Source of the DNA: Candidatus Latescibacterota bacterium
GTDB lineage: Bacteria; Latescibacterota; UBA2968; GCA-2709665
Reading direction: 5' to 3'
Length of the DNA stretch: 64,000 bases
Assembly: GCA_965222075.1 (NCBI GenBank)
Contig: OZ244937.1
Location: 5,184,001-5,248,000, forward strand
Position 1 is the stretch's first letter. Each line of letters opens with the position of its first letter. Below are positions 1 to 10,624 of this stretch, in pieces. The notes below the pieces were generated by a model. That model was not told the origin of the DNA, ran no database searches, and saw only the letters and a list, made by a program, of their open reading frames with translations. Made by a program: the position numbers and the translations under genes.

Positions 1-619
1 CAGCCCGGCCGGTCTGGTGACGCTCGGGTTTGGCTACGGCTGGACAATGACGCGGGTCAGCAATGTGATGCCCCGCGCTCTGGGGGCGCTGTGGCTGTCG
101 AGAGAGATGGGACGCAAGCGGGGGTTGATCTGGGCGATGGGAGCGGCGATGGCGGTTGGACTGATCGCTGCAAGCGCGGTCACACTGGACCTGGGCTATG
201 CACACGGCGGTCTGAACTTAGACCGGCACTTCCGTGATTATTCGCGCATCCCTTTCGACGCCTTTGTGGGAAAGCGGATGCTGGAGCCGAGTCCTATCTT
301 CACCAGAGGGCTGCTTTATACCGGACTGGGGATGGGGGTTGCGGGCCTTTTGACGGCGCTTAGAATGCGTCTTACCTGGTGGCCGCTGCACCCGGTAGCG
401 CTGCCGTTGAGTACGATTTGGTACACGGATACCTATTTTATCAGTGTGTTTTTGGCCTGGGGGATCAAGGCGATCGTGTTGAAGTTTGGGGGGGCGAATC
501 TTTACCGCAGGACCCGGCCGTTTTTTGTCGGGATTATTCTGGGGGAGGCGACCTGCGCGGGTGTGTGGACCATGGTGGATTATTTTACCGGAACGATTGG
601 GAACAGGATCTTTTGGTAA
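1..619 (+). CDS. DUF6785/DUF6784-like polytopic membrane protein, C-terminal part (5' end outside window)
   Basis: Hydrophobic ORF with WWPLHP and 'RPFFVGIILGE' motifs; clear paralog of the C-terminus of 23372..25459. Confidence 0.7.
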   Translation, partial: SPAGLVTLGFGYGWTMTRVSNVMPRALGALWLSREMGRKRGLIWAMGAAMAVGLIAASAVTLDLGYAHGGLNLDRHFRDYSRIPFDAFVGKRMLEPSPIFTRGLLYTGLGMGVAGLLTALRMRLTWWPLHPVALPLSTIWYTDTYFISVFLAWGIKAIVLKFGGANLYRRTRPFFVGIILGEATCAGVWTMVDYFTGTIGNRIFW

Positions 620-645
620 GAGGCGATCAATGTAAAGGGGGAGGT

Positions 646-2190
646 ATGGATATTTTTGATATGAACTGCATGCTGGGGCCGACGCGTACCGACCGGGAGC
701 CGTGCTTCCGGACGCCCGAGGCGTTGCTGGCCGAGATGGATCGGGTGGGGATCGCGGAGGCCCTGGTCTACGCGAGCCACGTGGCGATGGGACATCCGGC
801 CGATGGGAACGCGTGGGTGGTGGAGGCCACGCGTTCCCACCCACGCCTGCACCCCTGCTGGGCGGTGCTGCCGCCGGGAACAGGGGAGCTGCCGGAGCCG
901 GAGGAGCTGGTGGCGCAGATGCGCGCCCATGGGGTGCGGGCGGCCAGGATGTTTCCGGCCGTGCACGGTTTTCCGCTGCTGGAGCGAATTCTGCGGCCGC
1001 TGCTGGAGGCGCTCGCCGGGGCGGGGATTCCGCTGATTTTAGATCAGGGGCGCACGGGCTGGAGCCAGCTCACGGACTGGCAGGGGGTGTTCGCAATTGC
1101 AGAAGCGCACCCCGGACTGCCGCTGGTGCTGATACGGGAGGGGGGCACGACCGCGAGGGCCCTGTTCGGGGTATGGGACGCGTTTCCGAACCTCTATATC
1201 GAGGCGTCTTACATCCAGGAGTCGCGGATTGTGGAGGAGATTGCAGGGCGGTTCGGGCACGAACGGCTGCTGTTCGGGACGGGAATGCCGGTATACGACC
1301 CGGGAGGGCCGCTGGGGCTGCTGCAGGGGGCGCAAATTTCTCAGGGTCAGCGGGCGGATATGGCGGGCAACAGTCTGAGGCGGCTGCTTGGGCTGCCGGA
1401 GCGGGAGGCGGGCGAGGCGCCGGCGTGGCCCTGCGGTCCGCGCGGGTTTCGGGTGTTCGACGTGCACGGGCACCTGGGCCGGTTTCACTCGAAGTACCAC
1501 CGGGACTGGTCGGCCGAACAGATGGTGTCGCGGATGGACCAGGTGGGGGTGGGGCGATTAGCGGTGAGCGATTTTATGGCGATCGGGCCGGACTACCGGA
1601 AGGGGAACGACCGGATCGGGGCGGGCGTGGCGGCGTTCCCGGACCGGCTGGTAGGATACGTGGTCTACAATCCGAATTACGAATCGGAGATGGCCGACGA
1701 GATGGCGCGGGCGTTCGATGCGCTGGGCTGCCGGGGGATCAAGCTCCACTGCGCACTTCACGATACGTCCACGGAGGACCCGCGCTACCACTTAGCGTTT
1801 CAGACGGCGCAGGAGCAGGGTTGCCCGATGCTGTGCCACGTCTACCAGGGGCCGTCTCCCGCGTTTTTGATGGAGAGGCTGGAGGCGTTCCCCGATGCGA
1901 AGTTCATCTATGCCCACATCGGCGGAGGAGACCGGGAGGGACTGAAGCCGTTTGTCGAGGTGGCCCATGCGCGGCCCAATCTGTTTTTCGATCTGGGGTA
2001 CTCGAAAATGGCCCGGGGTACGCTGGCCTGGCTGGTCGAGCAGGTGCCGCCGACACAGATCCTCTACGGGTCGGACCATCCGGTGAACGGGTTCACCTTC
2101 CAGCTCGGGCGGGTGCTGAATGCGGACATTTCGGACGAGTTGAAGCGGATCATCCTTTGGGACAACGCGGCGAGGATATTCGGAGTGTAA
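646..2190 (+). CDS. Amidohydrolase_2 family protein with two tandem TIM-barrel domains
   Basis: GGAGG RBS before ATG 646; second domain has DVHGH, GIKLH, AHIGG and YGSD motifs; first domain ends in FGTG.P. Confidence 0.8.
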   Translation: MDIFDMNCMLGPTRTDREPCFRTPEALLAEMDRVGIAEALVYASHVAMGHPADGNAWVVEATRSHPRLHPCWAVLPPGTGELPEPEELVAQMRAHGVRAARMFPAVHGFPLLERILRPLLEALAGAGIPLILDQGRTGWSQLTDWQGVFAIAEAHPGLPLVLIREGGTTARALFGVWDAFPNLYIEASYIQESRIVEEIAGRFGHERLLFGTGMPVYDPGGPLGLLQGAQISQGQRADMAGNSLRRLLGLPEREAGEAPAWPCGPRGFRVFDVHGHLGRFHSKYHRDWSAEQMVSRMDQVGVGRLAVSDFMAIGPDYRKGNDRIGAGVAAFPDRLVGYVVYNPNYESEMADEMARAFDALGCRGIKLHCALHDTSTEDPRYHLAFQTAQEQGCPMLCHVYQGPSPAFLMERLEAFPDAKFIYAHIGGGDREGLKPFVEVAHARPNLFFDLGYSKMARGTLAWLVEQVPPTQILYGSDHPVNGFTFQLGRVLNADISDELKRIILWDNAARIFGV

Positions 2191-2245
2191 CGGTGGCTAT
2201 TTTGAGGAAACGCAGGACACATAAGACTTGAAAGCGAGGTTGACA

Positions 2246-3529
2246 ATGGCTGAGCAACTTGCGATTCTGGGGGGGGCAAAAGCGATTACGGTGGACGGCT
2301 CCGAGCAGTGGAAGCGGCCGGTGGAGGAGGAGAAGGCGGCGGTGTACGAGTTGATCGATGAGGGATTCCTTTCCGGTTCAGGAAGCGGAGTGCCGAAGGA
2401 GTTTGAGGACCGGTTCCGGGAGTATATCGGGTGCAAGTATGTGCTTACGACCAGCCACGGAAACACGGCGCTGGCAAGCGGGTTCTTCGCTGCCGGGCTG
2501 GGGCCGGGGGATGAGTTCATCGGGCCTACGATCGGGTACATCGGGAGCTACGCCGGCGCGCTTCACATGGGCGCGGTGCCGGTGTTTTGCGAGATCGACC
2601 CGGAGACGCTGCTGATGGACCCGGCGGATGCAGAGAAGCGGATTACGCCCAGGACCCGTGCCCTGGCGCCGATTCATACCGGCGGGCGGGTGTGCGATAT
2701 GGATGCTCTGCTGGCGCTGGCCGAAAAGCACGATCTGGTTGTGGTGGAGGATGCGGCGCATGCGCACGGCAGCGAATGGGATGGGGTCAAGATCGGCAAT
2801 GTGGGGCATATTGCGTGCTTCAGTATGCAGGGGACTACGCCCGGCGGAAAACCGGTGGCAGGTGGCGAGGCGGGCATTGTGGCTACGAATGACCGGGAGC
2901 TGTACGAACGGGCGCTGATCTATTGCCACCTGCACCGTCCCGGCGCGGTGGACGAACTGACAAACCCGGTTTACAGGCAACTGGACCGGCAGCTGCTCGG
3001 ATTGAAGCTTCGGGCGCACCCACTGGCGATGGCCCTGGGTCTGGTGTCTCTCAATTCCCTGCCCTATCGGCTGGCGTCTTTCGCCGCGAACCGGGATGCG
3101 CTTCTTGGGAAGATTGAGGGGCTGCCAGGCGTTAAGCCCGCGCGCAACTATCCAAAGGCCACGGGAGTAGAATTATACGGTGGAATACGGTTTTTGTACG
3201 ATTCGGAGGCACTGAGCGGACTGCCCGCAGCGAAGTTCGCTGAGGCGATGCGGGCGGAGGGCGCGCCGATCAAGGGCCCGGGCTTTAGCCATGTGGAGCA
3301 CCTGCGGGCGATCTATACGGAGGATCTGCCCGGCCTGTGGGGGAAGGGACATTCCGGTCCGGCAGATATTCCGCTGCCGCGCTACGCGGAGGGGGATTTC
3401 CCGGTTTCCGAAGGGCTGCGCGACAGGGTTTTGTCCTACCCCGGGCGTATCGAGGCAGCGGAGGGCTTTATCGACCAGCTGGCCGCGGCCTTCAAGAAGG
3501 TTGTGATTCAGCACGAGGAGCTGCTTTAG
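2246..3529 (+). CDS. DegT/DnrJ/EryC1/StrS PLP-dependent aminotransferase
   Basis: EDAAHAHG and FSMQ...GKPVAGGEAG motifs; RBS GAGG before ATG 2246. Confidence 0.85.
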   Translation: MAEQLAILGGAKAITVDGSEQWKRPVEEEKAAVYELIDEGFLSGSGSGVPKEFEDRFREYIGCKYVLTTSHGNTALASGFFAAGLGPGDEFIGPTIGYIGSYAGALHMGAVPVFCEIDPETLLMDPADAEKRITPRTRALAPIHTGGRVCDMDALLALAEKHDLVVVEDAAHAHGSEWDGVKIGNVGHIACFSMQGTTPGGKPVAGGEAGIVATNDRELYERALIYCHLHRPGAVDELTNPVYRQLDRQLLGLKLRAHPLAMALGLVSLNSLPYRLASFAANRDALLGKIEGLPGVKPARNYPKATGVELYGGIRFLYDSEALSGLPAAKFAEAMRAEGAPIKGPGFSHVEHLRAIYTEDLPGLWGKGHSGPADIPLPRYAEGDFPVSEGLRDRVLSYPGRIEAAEGFIDQLAAAFKKVVIQHEELL

Positions 3530-3548
3530 CTGAAAGGGGTGGAGAGCG

Positions 3549-5330
3549 ATGATTACAAGCCCGGGGGCACCGATTCTGGTGCTGTGGGACAGCCAGACGC
3601 CGCACCGATTTTCCGGTTATATCACCGAGATCTTGCAGATTGAGGGGTATAACTGGTTCACGGTCCACGACCTGTCCCGTCAGGCCATTTCGACCGAACA
3701 GCTCGGGGCACACGCGATTGTTATACTGACCCATGTGGAGCCTTCCAGCGAGGTGCAGGAGCAGGTGCTGGCCTACGTGCGGCAGGGGGGCAACCTCATC
3801 GCCCTGCATCCGCCGGAGGCGCTGGCGGGCGCCCTGGGACTCATCCCGCACAGGCAGGAGATGGTGGACCGCTATGTTGCCTTCAACAAGGGCTGTGCTC
3901 TGAATGCGGGCGTTGAACCGTATACGGTTCAGTTTCATGGCCGGGCGAAGCTTTACCGGTGGGAAGGGTACGAGGCGCAGGTGCTGGCCACGTTTGCTGC
4001 TTTCCCGGATGTGGTGACGAAATATCCGGCCATTGCCGTGGGCAATTTCGGCCAGGGGCACTGGGCGGTGTTTTCCTACGACCTGGCAGAGAGCACCGTG
4101 CTTTTTCACCAGGGGCGGCGCGAACAGGCCAGCACCGGATCGTGTCCGGACCCCGACGGCGACCGGGGGTTCAAGCCAAACGACCTGTTTGTGGGGTATC
4201 TGGACGCCGCGCTCTGCCACCTTCCCCAGGCCGACCTCCACCAGGACGCCCTGGTGCGCATTCTGGAGTGGATGACCGGACTGCGCCAGCCCCTGCCCCG
4301 GCTGTGGTACTTTCCCAACGGGGCCGGAGCGGTGGCTTTTATCAATGGTGATGGGGACAATATGAAGCGGGAGGATCTTGAGAATGTTGTTGCCACTGCC
4401 GAGCGGTTCGGGGCGTTGTATACCGTCTATCTGATGATGGAGAACCACGAGACAGTGCCTCCGGAGTGGGAGGCGGAGCTGTGCGGGCGGGGACACGATT
4501 TTGGACAGCATGCTTTTGCGGGACGGCTGCCCACACTGGTGCAGATGCGCGAACAGCTGCGGAAGGAAATGGACGCGTTCCGGTCCCGGTACGGCCATGA
4601 GTCGGTTACATTCCGGGGGCACAATGTCATCTGGGCGGGGTGGATGGAGATGGCAAAGTACCTGCGCGAGAACGGAGTGCGGCTGGATACGAATTTCGCA
4701 GCGGGGCCCTATTTTCGCCAGGGGTATCTGAACGGAAGCGGGCTGCCGGTGAAGTTTATGGACGAGGAGGGCACGCTGCTGGACATCTACGAGCAGTGTA
4801 CGATGTCCACGGACGACGGGTGGCTTTCGGATAAAATGTTTCTTCCCGCGCTCAGTGTTGAGGCGTGCATCGCCCTGTCCGCTCAGCAGGCCGACGCTGC
4901 AATCGATCGGTTCCATACGGTGTACCATCCCTATTTTCATCCGACCCGCACGAGGCCCGGCCCATTGTCTGCCCAGAGGTGGCTGGAGGGGGCTCTAAGG
5001 CACTGCCGGGACAGGGGATTCACCTTTGTAAGCGGGGTGGACTGGGTGGCGTTCAACGACGGCCGGCGCGGGTTACGCCTGGCCGAGTACCGGTTCGACC
5101 CTGAGAGCACCGTGCTGGAGTTTGCACTTGAGGCGGAGGTGGCCGTGGAGGGTGTTACGCTCTCGCTTCCCTATACGTGTCGGGGGCGCGCAACAGGGGG
5201 AGCCGAGGTGGACGGAGAGGCAGTGGACGTGAATGCGGAGGAACTGGAGGGGCGGATGCAGGTGCTGTTGCCGGCCGATTACGGGGCGGGACAGGTGCGC
5301 CGTTGGCGGGTATGGTGGGGCGGCGCTTAG
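3549..5330 (+). CDS. Hypothetical protein, GATase-like N-domain plus polysaccharide deacetylase/GH57-like barrel
   Basis: 593 aa ORF coupled to the operon; 'PRLWYFP..A.AVAFINGDGD', 'RGH' and 'YFHP' motifs; paralog of 18168..19988. Confidence 0.55.
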   Translation: MITSPGAPILVLWDSQTPHRFSGYITEILQIEGYNWFTVHDLSRQAISTEQLGAHAIVILTHVEPSSEVQEQVLAYVRQGGNLIALHPPEALAGALGLIPHRQEMVDRYVAFNKGCALNAGVEPYTVQFHGRAKLYRWEGYEAQVLATFAAFPDVVTKYPAIAVGNFGQGHWAVFSYDLAESTVLFHQGRREQASTGSCPDPDGDRGFKPNDLFVGYLDAALCHLPQADLHQDALVRILEWMTGLRQPLPRLWYFPNGAGAVAFINGDGDNMKREDLENVVATAERFGALYTVYLMMENHETVPPEWEAELCGRGHDFGQHAFAGRLPTLVQMREQLRKEMDAFRSRYGHESVTFRGHNVIWAGWMEMAKYLRENGVRLDTNFAAGPYFRQGYLNGSGLPVKFMDEEGTLLDIYEQCTMSTDDGWLSDKMFLPALSVEACIALSAQQADAAIDRFHTVYHPYFHPTRTRPGPLSAQRWLEGALRHCRDRGFTFVSGVDWVAFNDGRRGLRLAEYRFDPESTVLEFALEAEVAVEGVTLSLPYTCRGRATGGAEVDGEAVDVNAEELEGRMQVLLPADYGAGQVRRWRVWWGGA

Positions 5331-5466
5331 CGGAGGACAGGATGCAATTGGATTCATGCGACGTGGCGCTGGTGGGGCTCGACTATCCTATCCATACCAC
5401 GATGGCTGGCATGAAAGTCCCGGCCAAGATAACCGCAAAACGTAACGCACCGATGTTTTTACCTGG

Positions 5467-6219
5467 CTATATTTCCCTTAGCTCAGGCCATTTAATTTTT
5501 TTCCGGATTGACGGATCGTGAAGTATCAATCCCCCTTGTGCAGCAATCTGTTCAAGGGTTAAATCGGTCAAGAGCGGTGCAATGTGCTGTATCAAATCGC
5601 CGTGTATGGATTCAAAGTCACCCATTGCCCCATGGTCTATTGAAACTTTCTTTGAAACCCCAAGTTCGTCATGCATCTGTTTGAGTTTCTCGGCAGTTTC
5701 TGGTGATAAGCTGAATGTCACCTGATCATGAGAAATATTACGATGAATCACTATCCACGGGGCTTCAGATCGCCACCTGGGAGGCTCCTGCGACTCGAAT
5801 AAGCGAATCGCTCGTTCTGCGAGGGCCCTATACTCTCTTACCTCCTGTCCCCGTAAGCCGTAAGTGATTCCAAATTTGACGGCGATATCTCGATCAGGTT
5901 TGGCGATGGGGGTATCTATATCTTTAACATCGCGTTCCATTTGGTCGAGGAATTCCTGGATGCGCTCTTTGTCGAGACCTTCCCTGCCAATGATATCGAC
6001 AAAGCTGAGAACTGCATTGCCTCCCGGCACTAAATCCACAGATTCCGCGATGAGTTTTCCTGGATTCTGATAGGTGATCCGATCAACGATACTTTTATCT
6101 TTTTTCAAATCTTCGGGAAGGTCATGCTCTTCGTGCTGGTGAAGGAAAGCATTGATACCGACCTCGGCTCTCTCGCCTTTTATTCGTCGAACCCTGTGAG
6201 CGGTGAGATACATCCTCAA
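5467..6219 (-). CDS. Hypothetical protein (250 aa, lower GC than flanks)
   Basis: Long ORF with GAGG RBS; function not recognised. Confidence 0.6.
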   Translation of the reverse strand: MRMYLTAHRVRRIKGERAEVGINAFLHQHEEHDLPEDLKKDKSIVDRITYQNPGKLIAESVDLVPGGNAVLSFVDIIGREGLDKERIQEFLDQMERDVKDIDTPIAKPDRDIAVKFGITYGLRGQEVREYRALAERAIRLFESQEPPRWRSEAPWIVIHRNISHDQVTFSLSPETAEKLKQMHDELGVSKKVSIDHGAMGDFESIHGDLIQHIAPLLTDLTLEQIAAQGGLILHDPSIRKKIKWPELREI

Positions 6220-6239
6220 AAAATCTGATCGAATTTTTT

Positions 6240-6430
6240 CGGGGGCCTCGTATCTGTGCTATAAAGGCGCGTTCCGCAAACTCCATGGCCTTATTGTGAG
6301 AATCGCTAACACTCATTTTTCCTGAACCTCAGCAAGGGGATGTCCAAACTCAACTACGATTACATAAGCTGGTAGTGACCCGTCAGATCGGTTGGTCTGT
6401 TTTAGCTTCTGCCTTATTCTTGCCTTCACG
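6240..6430 (-). pseudogene. Remnants of a coupled two-gene module: 3' end of one gene and 5' end of the next
   Basis: Minus strand reads VKARIRQKLKQTNRSDGSLPAYVIVVEFGHPLAEVQEK* overlapping (ATGA) MSVSDSHNKAMEFAERAFIAQIRG; neither extends to a full gene. Confidence 0.5.
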
Positions 6431-6495
6431 TCCCGGTGTGTCAAGAGGCGTGCAGGCAGGCAACACAGCGAGTGAATAAAATCTCAATTCACTTT

Positions 6496-7185
6496 TCACC
6501 ATCGCCACCCGCGCCGGCCCCGGTCATTTTCCCGGTCTTCGGGTGTCTCGCCAATCACAATATCAAAATTTGCCGTCAATTCACCAATCTCAGATCCGGG
6601 CAATGGCTTAAACGGTGCTGACAGCAAATCGTGAGAAGCGCGACCAGAATTCCGAAATATAAAATCTCGCTCATTATCCGGATTGTCTTTCACGTACAAC
6701 TGCGTGGTCAAAAGCCGATGCCCATTTTTGTTGATCGCAAAATGAATGTGTGCGGTTCGCGAACCCGCGTACCGCACGGGCTTAATCGTCCGAAAACGGT
6801 ATTCACCCGTAGATCCCGTTTCAAAACGCCCAAAACCCTGAAAGTTTTCGTCTCGCCTGTTCCGCCGTGGGGCCTCAGTATGAATGTAAACGCCATTGCT
6901 ATCGACCTGCCAGATCTCCACCAGGGCATTTTTTGCGGGATTGCCAGTCACATCCATAACACGCCCGGTCAAGTGTGTGATTTCTCCCACGGCTGGCGTA
7001 ATCGCATCGTTGATTATCACGAGGTCGTTATCGACATCCAGCGGCATCTTGTCTGGATAAAACGGACCCCCGGTCTGCCGGGGCGTTCGTATCAGTTGTT
7101 CGGCAAAAGCCCCTGGTGTCACAAAAGCCGCAGCACCCAATGTGGCGGCTTGATAGAGAAAGCGTCGGCGATTTACATGCATCAC
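6496..7185 (-). CDS. Intradiol ring-cleavage dioxygenase (protocatechuate 3,4-dioxygenase beta-like) with Tat signal
   Basis: RRRFL Tat motif; GPFYP, VEIWQ..G.Y, FRTIKP and RTAHIHF iron-ligand motifs. Confidence 0.85.
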   Translation of the reverse strand: MMHVNRRRFLYQAATLGAAAFVTPGAFAEQLIRTPRQTGGPFYPDKMPLDVDNDLVIINDAITPAVGEITHLTGRVMDVTGNPAKNALVEIWQVDSNGVYIHTEAPRRNRRDENFQGFGRFETGSTGEYRFRTIKPVRYAGSRTAHIHFAINKNGHRLLTTQLYVKDNPDNERDFIFRNSGRASHDLLSAPFKPLPGSEIGELTANFDIVIGETPEDRENDRGRRGWRW

Positions 7186-7390
7186 GGCCTCCTATGCATA
7201 AGATTTTCTGTCGAGCACTGATCCTTAGACCACGCGATACGCCAGAATGTCCCCACACATCATCGCCCATCCCATACCGGGTCGTCATCCACTATTCCGA
7301 CCTACGGCTATCGCTGGTTGGAAACGCTTGAGCGCAATGCCGGCAATTGATTGTTCGCGGTGGTGGTCTGACCCGGGAGGTCAACCCTCG

Positions 7391-7417
7391 CCTGCCTGTC
7401 CGAGGGACGCAGGCAGG
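7391..7417. repeat. 27-bp CCTGCCTG...CAGGCAGG palindromic element
   Basis: cctgcctgtccgagggacgcaggcagg; degenerate related arms adjacent (to ~7435). Confidence 0.7.
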
Positions 7418-7601
7418 CGGCAAGGCAGGGGCAGGTAGTGAGATATAGTATTCCTCAAGGCCCAAGATCCTGGCTTCCATCGCCTGTTGATCTGTCAGGT
7501 CATCGGGCGTGAGCGCCTACCTGGAATGAGGTGTATAACATACCCCTATTTCTCTTTCTGCACAACTTCGATGTGTATTTGCGAAATTGACCACCAGGCA
7601 C

Positions 7602-7638
7602 AAAAAGCGGGGAGCGGCCACAGCCACCTCCCCGCTTT
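7602..7638 (-). terminator. Intrinsic terminator downstream of the TonB-dependent receptor
   Basis: Minus strand aaaagcgggag-N-ctccccgcttttt hairpin with U-tract, 20 bp after the stop. Confidence 0.7.
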
Positions 7639-7657
7639 TGCCTGCTTTGCGGCATGC

Positions 7658-10624
7658 TCAGAAGCGCAGCCCCACCTGCCCGAAGACGAGGCGGCCCACC
7701 TCCGGGGCGCCGACGAATGACCGATAGGGCCTGTCCAGCACATTGCTCGCATTGACCCGCAGTACCAGATCCTGCTTTAAGGGCAACTGGTAGTTCAGGT
7801 TCAGATCCAGCACGGTATAGGCATCCACCTCGCCCACGTACACCCCCGATTGCATGGGGAAGGAATCGATGTAGCGCACCCTGCCACCTACGGCCAGCCC
7901 CCACCCGGCGAAATCGTAGGTCGCCCCCAGTTTGACCTTGTGCCTGGGTGCATTCAGGGCGATGTCGCTACCCCCCGCGGCCTGGGAGTACTTCAGGTTC
8001 TCGAAGAAATTGTCGTTGACAAAGGAATAGTTCCCCGTGAGCTTCCAATTGTTGTTGGGGTAGTAGGCCAGGCTCAGGTCCAGCCCGCGGATGGTCACAG
8101 CTTCATAATTGCGGTAGCTCATAACCATCGCGTAGGGATCGGAAGCCTGCTCGGGCGAGACCGTGCCATAGGGGATGGCCGCCGCCCCCGCCGTGAAGAT
8201 GCCGGCCAGTTCGTCCACCGGCGAGCCGTTGTTGTTGCCCTGCACCACGCCCGGCACCTGCACCGCGTCCAGCGCCTGCAGGGCAATGGCCAGTCCCGCG
8301 TTGGCCGGGTCGGACAGGGCCTGGCGGATGCCCTTGCTCAGGGCTGCGCCCAGAGTCTGCGGGTCGAGGAAGACATTCGGGGTTTCCACCGACACTGACC
8401 CGACGAAATTCTTGATCCTGGACTGGTACAGATCCGCGGCCACGACCAGTTTGTCGGCCACTACGCCTTTGTAGCCCAGTTCGATCGTCTGGGTAATGGC
8501 CGACTGGATGCGCGGCACGTCATAGACCGTAATGGGGGTGGTGCCGTCCGCCTCCACAAAGAAGAAAGGCTGTTGATGTTCATCAGGCGCTTCACCGAGA
8601 GGCTCCGACTCTATGTTCAATCTGCCCATGACATTGCGCAGGCCGGGCAATTGCTCGGGCACGATGCCGGACAGGACCGCGACCAACCGGCCGGCTGCGG
8701 CCTGGGCTTCTGCGGCCCCCATGCCCTGAGCCGTCAGGGCGCCGGCTGCCATCGCCTGGAAAACGGGTCCAACCTGTGCCAGCACCGTCCCCCGGCCGAT
8801 TCCCCACATCACGTTGGTGAACACCGGGTCGTCCAGAGGCAGGTACTGGTCGGCCGGCAGACCGGCTATTGGGGCAAGGGGCGAGCGGAACAGGGGTCGG
8901 CCCTCCCCGTTCCGCCGGAAGGTGAAGCCGTAGCTGTTGCTCCCGTAGTTTCCCTGGGCCCAGATATCGATTGACTTGAACTTCAGGCCGTGTGCCGCAA
9001 AGAGAGGCGTGAAATGCGGACTCAGCCCAAAGGGATCTCTGTTCGTTTGCAGGTCGAGGTAGAGATTGTTCGTCGTGGGCGTGCTGAACGCCCGGTTGTA
9101 GGTCAGCCGCAGCGTCTGAGTCGCCTGTGGCTTGAATACCAGGGCGGCCCGGGGCGACAGCTCGGGATCCGCGAGGCGGGTGTGGTAGTCGTAGCGCAGG
9201 GCCAGCACCAGGTCCAGCAGGTCGCTCAGGGCGGTTTCGCTCTGCACGTAGCCGCCGAACTCGTTCAGGTCGTCGTCGTCCTCGTTCCTGCCCATGATGG
9301 TGCCTTCGGTATCGGGCCGCGTCAACAGCGCGTCAAAGCCGTAGGTGAAGCGCTGGCGCGTGCCCAGACTGGACGCGTGCTGCGCCTGGAACACCGTCAG
9401 GGCGGACTTGTCGACGACGGGAACGCCCGTGCGCAGCAGGTAGGTACCGCCCGCATCGGTCCAGTTGCGGAAGGCCTGGAAGAACCAGTCGCGGTACAGC
9501 AGCCGCAACTGGGCGTAGTTGTACCGCCAGTCTATGGTCTGCGACGCGCCCACGCCGGTCAACCCGACCAGGTCCGCCTTGTTGTGTCCCACTGACAGAA
9601 TGGTGGTCAAGTCGTCCGAGGCCCGCCAATCCAGACGCGCTTCGAGACCTATGTTCCTGGTGTCGGGATTGCGCGTTTTGAGGGGCGGCAAGTTCGCTCC
9701 CGCATCTATCTCCGCCTGCCTTTGCGCCCGGGCCTTCACCTCCTCCGGGTCGGTGTACTCCCACTCCGTTCCCGTATAGTACCGGGCCGAAACCTTGTAG
9801 CCCAGGCGGTCCCCCGCCACGCCGGCGTGCCGCAACGCGGTCTGGCGCAGGCTGCGTTCTCCCATCCCCACTTGCACGCTTGTGCCCTGCGAGGTAAAGG
9901 GCGAATGGGTGATGACGTGCATGACCCCATCGGCGCTGTTGGGCCCGTACAGGGCCGACCCCGGCCCCAGGACCACCTCGATGCGTTCCACATCGTCGTT
10001 GGTGATCGGAATGAAATTGGGGGCGTTGACCCGTAGCGAGGGCACCCGCGCCAGGCGGTTGTCCGTGAGCATAAGCAGGGTGCCGGTGAATACGCTGTTG
10101 AAACCGCGCACCACCACACTGCTATTCACCATGCCCGTCTTTGCAAAGTCCACCGCCGGCAGATCCTGAATATGGTCGACGACGTTCAGCACCGGATTGT
10201 TGCGGATTTCGCGGTCCTCGACCACGGATACCGAGGCCGGGGCCTCCAAAATCTTTTCCCGCCGGCGGGAGGCGGAGACCACGCTTTGCTCAAGAATAAT
10301 GACCTGCTCCACCAGGATCGCATCCAGCCGGGTGGTCTGGCCGGCCCGCACCTGCACATTTTCCCGTATTTCGGCCTTATAGCCGACAAACGTGATTTCG
10401 ACCTTGTAGTTCCCCGCTGGAACGGCGATGCGGAACCGCCCCTCTGCGTCCGCTGCTGTCCCGGTCCCCTCCGGCAGGGCCGCTCCCTGAACGGCGATAT
10501 TGGCGCCGAGCAGGGCCTCCCCCCTCTCTCCCGTAACCGTACCCTCGATAAAGCTTCCTGACTGGGCCCAGACGCTACTGCATAACAACAGCGCCCATAG
10601 ACTGATCGCTCTAAACGCGGCCAT
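7658..10624 (-). CDS. TonB-dependent receptor with N-terminal carboxypeptidase-regulatory-like domain
   Basis: Signal peptide; plug motif 'IEVVLGPGSALYG'; C-terminal 'NVLD..Y....G....GR......LRF'; RBS GAGGAGG before ATG 10624. Confidence 0.9.
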   Translation of the reverse strand: MAAFRAISLWALLLCSSVWAQSGSFIEGTVTGERGEALLGANIAVQGAALPEGTGTAADAEGRFRIAVPAGNYKVEITFVGYKAEIRENVQVRAGQTTRLDAILVEQVIILEQSVVSASRRREKILEAPASVSVVEDREIRNNPVLNVVDHIQDLPAVDFAKTGMVNSSVVVRGFNSVFTGTLLMLTDNRLARVPSLRVNAPNFIPITNDDVERIEVVLGPGSALYGPNSADGVMHVITHSPFTSQGTSVQVGMGERSLRQTALRHAGVAGDRLGYKVSARYYTGTEWEYTDPEEVKARAQRQAEIDAGANLPPLKTRNPDTRNIGLEARLDWRASDDLTTILSVGHNKADLVGLTGVGASQTIDWRYNYAQLRLLYRDWFFQAFRNWTDAGGTYLLRTGVPVVDKSALTVFQAQHASSLGTRQRFTYGFDALLTRPDTEGTIMGRNEDDDDLNEFGGYVQSETALSDLLDLVLALRYDYHTRLADPELSPRAALVFKPQATQTLRLTYNRAFSTPTTNNLYLDLQTNRDPFGLSPHFTPLFAAHGLKFKSIDIWAQGNYGSNSYGFTFRRNGEGRPLFRSPLAPIAGLPADQYLPLDDPVFTNVMWGIGRGTVLAQVGPVFQAMAAGALTAQGMGAAEAQAAAGRLVAVLSGIVPEQLPGLRNVMGRLNIESEPLGEAPDEHQQPFFFVEADGTTPITVYDVPRIQSAITQTIELGYKGVVADKLVVAADLYQSRIKNFVGSVSVETPNVFLDPQTLGAALSKGIRQALSDPANAGLAIALQALDAVQVPGVVQGNNNGSPVDELAGIFTAGAAAIPYGTVSPEQASDPYAMVMSYRNYEAVTIRGLDLSLAYYPNNNWKLTGNYSFVNDNFFENLKYSQAAGGSDIALNAPRHKVKLGATYDFAGWGLAVGGRVRYIDSFPMQSGVYVGEVDAYTVLDLNLNYQLPLKQDLVLRVNASNVLDRPYRSFVGAPEVGRLVFGQVGLRF

